DNA of 64,000 nt from an uncultured Gemmatimonadaceae bacterium (GTDB lineage: Bacteria > Gemmatimonadota > Gemmatimonadetes > Gemmatimonadales > Gemmatimonadaceae). The notes beneath the pieces are model-generated. The model was not told where the DNA came from. It did not search any database and saw nothing but the letters and a program-made list of their open reading frames with translations. The stretch lies in contig CAWGJO010000027.1 of the NCBI GenBank assembly GCA_963822945.1, positions 32,001 to 96,000 on the forward strand, in the 5' to 3' direction. The position numbers were made by a program, and so were the translations under genes. Numbering within the stretch: the stretch's first letter is position 1; each line of letters opens with the position of its first letter. Shown piece by piece: positions 38,251 to 46,373 of the stretch.

Positions 38251-39915
38251 TCAGAACCGGTAGCTCACCGACATGAAGTTCTGCGAGTTGTGGAATGCGC
38301 CGCCCATCTCGCGATACACCGACAGCATCAGGTACACGTTCCGCCCCACGGCCCAGTCGGCGTCGAAGCTGCTCCAGGTGGTGCGCGTCGAACCCAGTCC
38401 CATGCCGAGCATCGTGGCGTTGGACGTCCGGAGCCCGCCGGTGGCCTCGAGGTGCACGAGATTGAACGGGTTGATCTCAAGCGAGGCCGACTGCAGGTCG
38501 CCGCTGGAGAGCTGGCCGGTGTAGTGCGTGTCGCGGAGATGGGCGCCGAGGTCGATGGCGGTGAGCCGCATGAGGCTCACGGAGCCGGTGTACGACTGGG
38601 CGGTGCCGGCCGGGCCGCCGCTCGTGGTGCGCGCCTCGCCACTCAGCCGGAAGCGTCCCCGCAGGTTGAGGGTCGCGCCGCCCCACATGCCCTGCCGGAA
38701 GCTGTTGTCGAACACCGTCTCGGGATTCACGAAGTCGCGGTACAGGAGCACGTTCCGCCGGTTGTCGACCCCGCCGTTGAGACTGAGCGCGTCGGTGATC
38801 GTGAACTGGAAGTTGGCGAACGTCGACGTGGGCGTGGCCGCGGCGTGTTCCTGCGCCGCCTTCCACCCGCGATTGATGTCCAGTTCCTGCGTGACGTACG
38901 CCGTGAACCGCGACGATATCACCATCGCCGTGGCGTACGTGAATTCGCGGTCGATCTGGCCCAGAGTGTACGCGCCGACCCCGCCCACGGTGAACGACCA
39001 CACGGGCAGGTGCATCGACACGTTGTGCCACTGCACGTATGCCCCGTACTCGCGCGTGGAGTCGGTGAACCCGAAGTTGTACCAGCTCGGCTGCAGTCCG
39101 CCGAATGCGCCGACGCTCCAGCGCGGGTGGGCGACGTCGACCGCCACGCCGTCGAACAGCCCCACCGAACTGCTGGTGGTGGAGAACTGGCGGCCGATGG
39201 TGACCGTCGTCGCGCTCCCCAGGGGATTCCACTGCAGCGCCGCCTTGTACACCCGCGTCACGTTGAGCGGGTAGGTGGGAGCAGGATGGAGGCTGTCCGG
39301 CGGCTGCATGATCGAGCGCTGGGCGCGGACGTCGACCGCGATCCCCACCGGCGAGTCGCCCAGGTGCGTGCCGTCGAGGCGCAGGTCGAGCGCCGGCTGC
39401 GTGACCACGCCGGCCGGCCCGGTGCCGGGATCGACCATCAGGTAGCGGACCCCGAGGCGGCCGCGAAGCCGGTTGGCCGGTCGTCGGGTGAGGCCGGCGC
39501 TCGAGCGCTCGGGAAGCGTCGCCGTCGGCGTGGCCGCGACGGCCTCCACCACCGGCGCGAAGCGGGCCGAGTCGCCGGTGGCGACGGTGAGCGACGACGC
39601 GCGCACGATCGTGCACGCGGCACTGCTCGACGAGATGTACTGGACGGCCAGCTCGGCGACGAACGTCGTGTCGCGCAGCACCGTCAGATGCGCGCCCTGT
39701 TTGAGGCCGGCGCGCGTACCGGCGTCGAGGTACACCGTCGGGCCGCTGATGTAGGTCACGTGCGCCCAGGCGGTGGTCGAGTCGGCCCCGGGCGCCGCCG
39801 CCGGCGTCCGCGCGGCCGCTGGCCCGGTGACCGCCTTCTGGGCAGCCGCGGGAACACTCGCGCTGACGATGGCGAATGCCATCACAGCCAGCGGTACTCG
39901 GCGCATGGTCATCAT
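38251..39915 (-). CDS. Outer-membrane beta-barrel (putative cytochrome-associated porin) with small N-terminal beta domain
   Basis: Signal peptide; alternating amphipathic strands; C-terminal FMSVSYRF; ATGA overlap with the cytochrome gene. Confidence 0.8.
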   Translation of the reverse strand: MMTMRRVPLAVMAFAIVSASVPAAAQKAVTGPAAARTPAAAPGADSTTAWAHVTYISGPTVYLDAGTRAGLKQGAHLTVLRDTTFVAELAVQYISSSSAACTIVRASSLTVATGDSARFAPVVEAVAATPTATLPERSSAGLTRRPANRLRGRLGVRYLMVDPGTGPAGVVTQPALDLRLDGTHLGDSPVGIAVDVRAQRSIMQPPDSLHPAPTYPLNVTRVYKAALQWNPLGSATTVTIGRQFSTTSSSVGLFDGVAVDVAHPRWSVGAFGGLQPSWYNFGFTDSTREYGAYVQWHNVSMHLPVWSFTVGGVGAYTLGQIDREFTYATAMVISSRFTAYVTQELDINRGWKAAQEHAAATPTSTFANFQFTITDALSLNGGVDNRRNVLLYRDFVNPETVFDNSFRQGMWGGATLNLRGRFRLSGEARTTSGGPAGTAQSYTGSVSLMRLTAIDLGAHLRDTHYTGQLSSGDLQSASLEINPFNLVHLEATGGLRTSNATMLGMGLGSTRTTWSSFDADWAVGRNVYLMLSVYREMGGAFHNSQNFMSVSYRF

Positions 39916-41618
39916 CCCGACCTCCCTCTCGGGTGGCACGAATAGCAGTGGGCCGCATCGTACACGTAGCCGGACACGCCGCCATGATGCGAGTCGGTCG
40001 TGCTCTTGCCGTGGCAGCCGCCGCTCATGCAGGTGAACGCCGCGTAGTTCGACGGCGAGGTGTGGCAATCGGAGCACTGGTTCCAACGACCCTTGTGGGT
40101 GCCGGAGTAGATCGGGAAGAAGCTGTTGTCGTGGTCGAAGGTGGCTCCTGCCCAGGTGGTCGTCGTATGGCACTGTTCGCACGTCTGTCCGAATCCGGCG
40201 GCGGCGTGCGCCGGATTGTTCGTGCCGTTGTAGTCGGCCAGGTGGCAGGACACGCAGGTAGTCGGCTTGCCCTTGTACACGCCGTCACCGTGGCAGGCGG
40301 CGCAGGCAACGCTCACATGCGCGCCCGTGAGCGGGAACGCCGTGTTGTTGTGGTTGAACGTCGCGCTCGTCCAGTTCGTCGTGCTGTGGCACGTTTCGCA
40401 CGTGGTCGGGAAACCGGCCGCCACGTGGCCCGGGTTGGTCGTGGCGTTGTACTCGGTCTGATGGCACGATACGCAGAGCGTGGACTTGCCCTTGTACACG
40501 CCGTCGCCGTGGCAGGCGTTGCAGGCCACGGCCTGGTGCGCCCCGGTGAGCGGGAAGCTGGTCGTGCTGTGGTTGAACGTCGCGCTCGTCCAGTTGGTCG
40601 TGCTATGGCAGGTCTCGCAGGTGGTGGCGAAGCCGGCTGCCGCGTGGGGCGGGTCGTTGGTGTTGTTGAAGTCGGTCTGGTGGCACGACACGCAGAGCGT
40701 GGACTTGCCCTTGTACACGCCGTCGCCGTGGCAACTCTGACAGCTCGTGGTCGCGTGCACGCCGGTGAGCGGAAAGTTCGTGGCGTTGTGATCGAACGTC
40801 GCGCTCGTCCAGTTGGTCGTGCTGTGGCAGGTCTCGCACGTGGTCGGGAATCCCGAGGCGGCGTGCGGCGGGTTCGTGGTCCCGTTGTACTCCGGCTGGT
40901 GGCACGACACGCACAACTTCGACTTGCCCTTGTAGACGCCGTCGCCGTGGCAGGCGGCGCACGCGGTGGCCAGGTGGGCTCCGGTGAGCGGGAACCCGGT
41001 CAGGTTGTGATCGAAGCTCGCCCCGTGCCAGTTGGTCTCGCTGTGGCACTCGGTGCACACCTGCGGAAAGCCGCCGCCCACGTGGTCGGGGTTCTTCGCG
41101 TTCCGATAGTCGGTGGCGTGGCACCCGAAGCACATCGTTGGGCGGTTGGCGTACTGCGTCTGGCCGGGCGCCGACGGCAGATGGCAGTCCTCGCATGCGG
41201 CAATGGCGTGCGCACCGCGCAGTGGGAAGCGGGTGAGGTCGTGCATCCGGCGCATCGCGGCCGGGTCGACGAAGCTGCGTGTCGTGTGGCAGCGCGAGCA
41301 CTGGTTGCCGAACTCGCCGTGGTGCACGTCGGTGTGGCACGACGCGCAGGCCGTGGACGTGTTGGCGAAGTCGAGCGTGCGATGGCACGACGTGCACGGC
41401 GCCTTCTGATGCGCTCCCTCGAGCGGGAACACCCCCGGCGCGTGGCGGAAGTCCTTGCTGATCGCCACGGGCTTCCAGCCGTCGGCCCGGTGGCACATGC
41501 TGCAGGCGCCGATCGTGGGGCCGTGCGGGTTGTCGCCGCTCTGGGCGGCGGCGGCCGGCGCGGAGAGCGCCAACACGGCCAGCGCCAGCAGCCAGCGGGA
41601 AGCAGGGGGGAGCTTCAT
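39912..41618 (-). CDS. Multiheme cytochrome c: 21 CxxCH plus one Cx4CH
   Basis: Motifs counted by hand; Sec signal (..APAAAA|Q); repeated FDH..FPLTGAH triheme units. Confidence 0.95.
   Translation of the reverse strand: MKLPPASRWLLALAVLALSAPAAAAQSGDNPHGPTIGACSMCHRADGWKPVAISKDFRHAPGVFPLEGAHQKAPCTSCHRTLDFANTSTACASCHTDVHHGEFGNQCSRCHTTRSFVDPAAMRRMHDLTRFPLRGAHAIAACEDCHLPSAPGQTQYANRPTMCFGCHATDYRNAKNPDHVGGGFPQVCTECHSETNWHGASFDHNLTGFPLTGAHLATACAACHGDGVYKGKSKLCVSCHQPEYNGTTNPPHAASGFPTTCETCHSTTNWTSATFDHNATNFPLTGVHATTSCQSCHGDGVYKGKSTLCVSCHQTDFNNTNDPPHAAAGFATTCETCHSTTNWTSATFNHSTTSFPLTGAHQAVACNACHGDGVYKGKSTLCVSCHQTEYNATTNPGHVAAGFPTTCETCHSTTNWTSATFNHNNTAFPLTGAHVSVACAACHGDGVYKGKPTTCVSCHLADYNGTNNPAHAAAGFGQTCEQCHTTTTWAGATFDHDNSFFPIYSGTHKGRWNQCSDCHTSPSNYAAFTCMSGGCHGKSTTDSHHGGVSGYVYDAAHCYSCHPRGRSG
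40140..41015 (-). repeat. Four in-frame 219-bp (73-aa) tandem repeats
   Basis: cttgta(c/g)acgccgtc recurs at 40272, 40491, 40710 and 40929 (period 219). Confidence 0.95.
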
Positions 41619-43621
41619 GGGATTCTCCTCGGCGTGGTACCGCCATGACAGCTGGCGCAGGCGGCGGACAGCGGCCGGTAGATGACGCGGGTCTTGCCGT
41701 TGGCGACGGTCTGCGTCTTATGGCATGCCGCGCAAGCGACCTTGGCGTGGGCGCCCTTGAGCGGGAACGAGGTATCGCGGTCGTGATCGAACTTCGAGGC
41801 CGGCGTGAACGACGCGACGCCGTGGCAGGTGCCGCAGGCGTCCCCTCCCTTGCGGCCGGCGAATTGATCGCCGTGGGGATCGTCCGCCTTGTGGCACGAC
41901 TCGCAGTCGGTGGCGCGTTTCTGCGTGAACGGCAGCTTGGCCACGCCCTTCGGCGCTGCGATGAGCGTCGAGGCGGCGGCGGGACCGCGCATCTCCTCGT
42001 GACAGGCCACGCACGGCGTGGCCCGGTGGGCGCCGTCGAGCGCGAAGCTGAACTGCGCGTGCCGATCGACGTCCACCGTGGACGGGCGGAACGCGCGGGC
42101 GTTGTGGCAGGCGCCGCAGCCATCCTTCATCGGCATCGCCCCGCCCTTGAGGTAGCGCCCGCCGTGGGGATCCACGTGGCAGTCCTGGCACGCGGTCTCC
42201 GGCACCTGCAGCACCACCTTCGCCGGGCCGTACGACGCGGCGCGCTTTGGCAGCGCGGGCAGGCCGGGCCGCGTGAGCCCGTGGCATGCGGCGCACTTGA
42301 TCTTCGCGTGGCGGCCGTCGAGCGGCAGCCGCAGCTTGGCGTGCGCGGCCAGGGAGAAGGTGCTGGGCGTCCAGCCGGCATCGGTGTGGCAGGCCTCGCA
42401 GCTCCCCTTGTCGGGGCGCGACGCGAGCTGGCCGCCGTGCTGGTCGGCATGGCAGTCGGCGCACTTGGCGAACGGCATGGTCAGGCGCGTCACCGTGCCG
42501 GTGGTGGTGTGGCACGAGGCGCATTTCACGCTCGCGTGCTTGCCGGTGAGCGGATACCGGGTGGCGGCGTGCTGCGCGAGCGTGAACGTGGAGGGCGCGA
42601 ATCCCTGCACGCGGTGACAGGCGGCGCAGTCGGCGGGCTTGCCGTTGAGCACGGCCTGCCCGGCGTGCGGGTCCTTGTGGCACGACGCGCAGGTCGCGAA
42701 CGGCGGATCCTTGATCTTGAGGTTCGGTCCGTGGCAGGCGTCGCACTTCACGGTCGCGTGCTTGCCGACCAGCGGATAGCGCGTGGCCGAGTGGTCGAAG
42801 TGCGTCTGCTCGATCACGTGCCAGCCGCGCGTGGTATGGCAGTCGCTGCAGCGGCCGGCCATCCGCGTGCCGTGCGGATTGGCGTGACAGTCGGTGCAGA
42901 GCTTGAACGGCAGCGGCTTGAAGCGGGGGATCAGCTTGCCCTTGGCGTCGGGAACGATGCCGAGCGACTTCGCGAGGTGACACTCGTCGCACTTCACATC
43001 CACGTGCTTGCCGGTGAGCGGGAAGGCGCTGCTGTCGTGCACGAACTTCGGCGCCGGCTTCCACCCCTTCGAGTCGTGGCAGCGGTCGCAACTCTCGCCC
43101 AGCGAACCCTTGTGCACGTCGTCGGCGCGGTGGCAGGAGACGCACGTCGTCTCGAGCCCCACCCACCCGGCGGAACCCGTGCGCTTGGACAGCGCGGCAG
43201 CCTGACCCGTGCGGAACTTCAGCGTATGACAGTCCTCACACTTCGCCTCCGCATGCTTGCCTTCCAGCGCCCATCCGGCGAGCTGATGGTCGAACTTGTC
43301 GCGCGACCCGCCCGGCCAGGCGATGAGCTTGAAGTCCGTGCCCGCGTGGTCCGGATGGCAGCTCGCGCAGTCCTTCTTCTCCACCGTCACGACGCGCGCG
43401 TGATAGCCCCGGTTCTGGTTCAGGAGCCAGCCGATCTCCTTGTGACAGGCGAGGCACATCTGGTTCATCGGCTCGCGGTGCAGGCCGTGGCATTGGGCGC
43501 AGTTCGTCGGCCCTTCCAGGTCGTGATGCGCTCGCGCCAGCGGCCCGGGCGAGATCTGAGCACGCGCTCGCGCCGGCAGGGCCAACAGCAGCAGTCCGCA
43601 CATGAGGAGACATTTCCGCAT
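41615..43621 (-). CDS. Multiheme cytochrome c: 23 CxxCH
   Basis: Motifs counted by hand; signal peptide then QISPGPLARAH; FxH..F/YPLxGKH triheme units. Confidence 0.95.
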   Translation of the reverse strand: MRKCLLMCGLLLLALPARARAQISPGPLARAHHDLEGPTNCAQCHGLHREPMNQMCLACHKEIGWLLNQNRGYHARVVTVEKKDCASCHPDHAGTDFKLIAWPGGSRDKFDHQLAGWALEGKHAEAKCEDCHTLKFRTGQAAALSKRTGSAGWVGLETTCVSCHRADDVHKGSLGESCDRCHDSKGWKPAPKFVHDSSAFPLTGKHVDVKCDECHLAKSLGIVPDAKGKLIPRFKPLPFKLCTDCHANPHGTRMAGRCSDCHTTRGWHVIEQTHFDHSATRYPLVGKHATVKCDACHGPNLKIKDPPFATCASCHKDPHAGQAVLNGKPADCAACHRVQGFAPSTFTLAQHAATRYPLTGKHASVKCASCHTTTGTVTRLTMPFAKCADCHADQHGGQLASRPDKGSCEACHTDAGWTPSTFSLAAHAKLRLPLDGRHAKIKCAACHGLTRPGLPALPKRAASYGPAKVVLQVPETACQDCHVDPHGGRYLKGGAMPMKDGCGACHNARAFRPSTVDVDRHAQFSFALDGAHRATPCVACHEEMRGPAAASTLIAAPKGVAKLPFTQKRATDCESCHKADDPHGDQFAGRKGGDACGTCHGVASFTPASKFDHDRDTSFPLKGAHAKVACAACHKTQTVANGKTRVIYRPLSAACASCHGGTTPRRIP

Positions 43622-45050
43622 TCACCCCGCCCGCGCCTGCGATTGGGGAATCGGCACGTCCTTCTCGACGATGCGGATGCCAAGGCGTTCGAGGAACGCG
43701 TAGGGCGCCTCACCGCCGATGCGAACCACCACATAGTCGGCCGGCAGGATGCGCGACTGCCCCTCGTGCGTGAGCACCGCGACGTCGTCGCGGATCTCCT
43801 GGATCTGGCTCTTGAAGTACGGCGTCACCTTCCCGGACGCGATCGCCCGCTCGATCTTCTCGCGGTTCCGCTCGGCGATGCGCTGGAACGCGTCGCCGCG
43901 GTAGGAGAGCGCCACCGTCGTGCCTTTCTGGTTGGCGAGTCCCAGCGCCGACTCCACGGCGCTGTCGCCCCCGCCCACCACCACCATGCGCTTCCCGGCG
44001 AACGCTTCCATCTCCACGATGTCGTAGAACACGTGGTCCTTTCCCTCACCGGGCACCCCGAGCCGTCGCGGGCTGCCACGCCGCCCCATGGCGAGCACCA
44101 CGCGGCGCGCCAGATACGCGCTGTTCGCCGTCTCCACCCGGAACACGAGCCCCTCGCGCTTCACCTGCTGCACCTTCTCGCCGGTGCGCACGTCGAGGCC
44201 CGTGTCGGCGACGATGGTCTCCCACACCTGGAGCAGCGTTTCCTTGGAGCCGTCGGCCACCCACAGGTCGCCGTACATCGGGATGCGCACCGGCTCGGCC
44301 AGCAGCAGCTTGTGCCGCGGATACTTGCGCACGGTGTCGGACAGCGACCCCTGCTCCAGCACCACGTAGCTGAGGCCGGCGCGCAGCGCTTCGAGCCCGG
44401 CGCTCAGCCCCGCCGGGCCGGAACCGACGATCACCACGTCCACCGCGGCGGCCACCCCGTCGGCGCGCCGGCTCCCGGGCCGCAGCGATCGGGCCACGTG
44501 CTCCATGGCCATCTTGCCTTCGTTGACCGCGTTCTTGATCAGCCCGCGGCCGCCGAGTTCGCCCACGATGTACAGGCCCGGCACGTTGGTCTGGAAGTTC
44601 TCGTCGAGCAACGGCACGGTCACGCGGTTGACCGCGGCGCCGCGTGTCACGAGGATCGCCCCCACCGGGCATCCGCGCACGCACTCCCCATGTCCCTTGC
44701 ACAGCGCGTCGTCCACCACGGCCAGCTTGCCGCGCAGCGTGATGGCGCCCGGTTCCGGACAGGCGCCCACGCAGGTGCCGCATCCCACGCACATGTCGGC
44801 GCGCACGAGCGCCTTGGGGTCGCCGGTCGCCTCCGCCGCCGCTTTCGCCACGGGCGCCCGCACCATCTCGAACACCTGCATCGGCGCGCCGCACTTGGGA
44901 CAGGAGGCCGCGTCGGCGAGAACGGGGGCCCGGCAGCGCGGGCAGGGCACGCGGCCGCGGCTTGGCCGACGCCGGCGGCTTGGTCGCCCGCAGGTGCCAG
45001 AGAATGGCCAGCAGCGTGATGCCGAAAAAGGCGATCGTGGTCGTCGACAT
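43622..45050 (-). CDS. Membrane-anchored Zn-ribbon / 2x[Fe-S] / FAD-NAD(P)H oxidoreductase, frameshift near 44955
   Basis: N-terminal TM; CPRC-x10-CPKC; CVGCGTCVGACP; CKGHGECVRGCP; TNVPGLYIVGE; VIVGSGPAG; LAMGRRG; VVGGGDSAVE; SYRG. Confidence 0.9.
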
Positions 45051-45055
45051 GCGCG

Positions 45056-45943
45056 CTATCGGAACCAGGTGGCGCCCACGGCGACCACGACCACGACGTG
45101 GATCACCACCGCGACCAACGCGGTCAGGGCAAAGGGACGGTGGGCCACGTGCCAGTAGCGGAACACGCGGTGCGTGGCGTTGAGCATGCGCGACTGCTGC
45201 TCGAGCTTGAGTTCGAGCGTGGCCAGCCGCAGTGCTTCACGAAGCTGCTTCTCGTCGAGGCGGTGGTTACGGGGAGTCAGCGCCACCCAGCGCGCCCGCA
45301 GCTGCCGCATCCGGCGCCACCGGAAGAGATCGGCCGCGACGAGCTGCGCCAACACCCGCAGGGGATTGCCGTCGGCGTCCGAAGTCTGTCCGCCATGCAG
45401 CGTGCTCTCGAGCACCTGGGGTGTGAGCCCGGTGGCCGCCGCCAGCTTCTGGATCAGTTCGCGACGCTGGCCCGCCACCTCGTCGCGCGTCAGCTCGATG
45501 CCGCTCCGCGCGCGGGGGATGCGGGTGTAGAGATAGCGGCCCACGATGCCGCTGGCGATCACGATCATCATGGCCAGCAGGCCGAGGCCGATCACGCCGT
45601 CGGAGCGCCAGGCCGCGTGAATGGCGAGCAGCAGAGGGAGTGCGAGCGCCGTGGTCACGTGCACATCCAGCCACTTGCCGATGGATCCGGTCCACCGCAA
45701 CGCCTTCCACTTCTTCCGGAGCGGATACAGCCAGAGGAAGACGAAGATCACGAACGCGGCGATGCCGGCGGACTGACCGATGTACCCCGACGGTTGGAGC
45801 CAAGCGCGCCACGGATGGCGGGCCCGGACTTCGAGCGGTGCCGTGTAGAACGGCGCGCCGACGATGTTGATGGCGAGCAACGGCAGGCAGATCACGATCA
45901 GCGCGATCGTGCTCTTCCGAAGTCCCGAACTGGCGTCTTTCAT
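45056..45943 (-). CDS. Ferric-reductase/NOX-like di-heme b membrane protein
   Basis: About 5 TMs; two H-x13-H pairs (WLDVH..AIH; WHVAH..VIH); YPLRKK; SGIVGRYLY. Confidence 0.75.
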   Translation of the reverse strand: MKDASSGLRKSTIALIVICLPLLAINIVGAPFYTAPLEVRARHPWRAWLQPSGYIGQSAGIAAFVIFVFLWLYPLRKKWKALRWTGSIGKWLDVHVTTALALPLLLAIHAAWRSDGVIGLGLLAMMIVIASGIVGRYLYTRIPRARSGIELTRDEVAGQRRELIQKLAAATGLTPQVLESTLHGGQTSDADGNPLRVLAQLVAADLFRWRRMRQLRARWVALTPRNHRLDEKQLREALRLATLELKLEQQSRMLNATHRVFRYWHVAHRPFALTALVAVVIHVVVVVAVGATWFR

Positions 45944-46126
45944 TTGCCCGGCTGGTGGGAGCGCCGGGCGAGGAGTGCGGAGGGCATGCCTCGGGCTTGC
46001 TTTGGGGGGAGTTGGCGTGCTTTGCAAAGCGGCGGCTTCGCAGCTTCGAGAATTCAGTACACGCGTCAACCGTTCTTGCTCCAAACGCGCGAACAATCGC
46101 GCTCGCAACACCGAACAAACGCCTCA

Positions 46127-46145
46127 TGTGACGCGCATCGTCACA
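46127..46145. promoter_or_regulatory. Perfect palindrome TGTGACG-N5-CGTCACA, candidate TF site
   Basis: Lies in the divergent intergenic region upstream of the cytochrome operon. Confidence 0.45.
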
Positions 46146-46373
46146 CTGGCGGTGCGAAGCGTCACGCGGCGGCGGGCGACAGCGCCGGCGGCCTGTGCGT
46201 GTCGGGTGACTCCCGACGCGCCGGCGGTGCGCAGGCCGGTGGCGATGCAACAGTCGATGCCGGTTTTGACAACCCTCCGCCTCCGCCGTTGATTCGACTC
46301 CGGCGCTGGCGCATCCCCCACGATCCCGCATGGCCGCGACATCGCGGAGCTTCAACACCTGTCCGGTGCATCC

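Noticed and set aside
40140..41015. CRISPR-like periodic repeats
   Set aside because: The period is 219 bp, in frame, with no unique spacers; it is a coding repeat.
38251..43621. Labelling the cluster mtrAB/mtoAB/pioAB
   Set aside because: Heme counts (22 and 23), the triheme repeat type and the barrel size do not match decaheme MtrA or MtrB.
46127..46145. CRP/FNR/Rex site
   Set aside because: TGTGA..TCACA spacing is 9 nt rather than 6.
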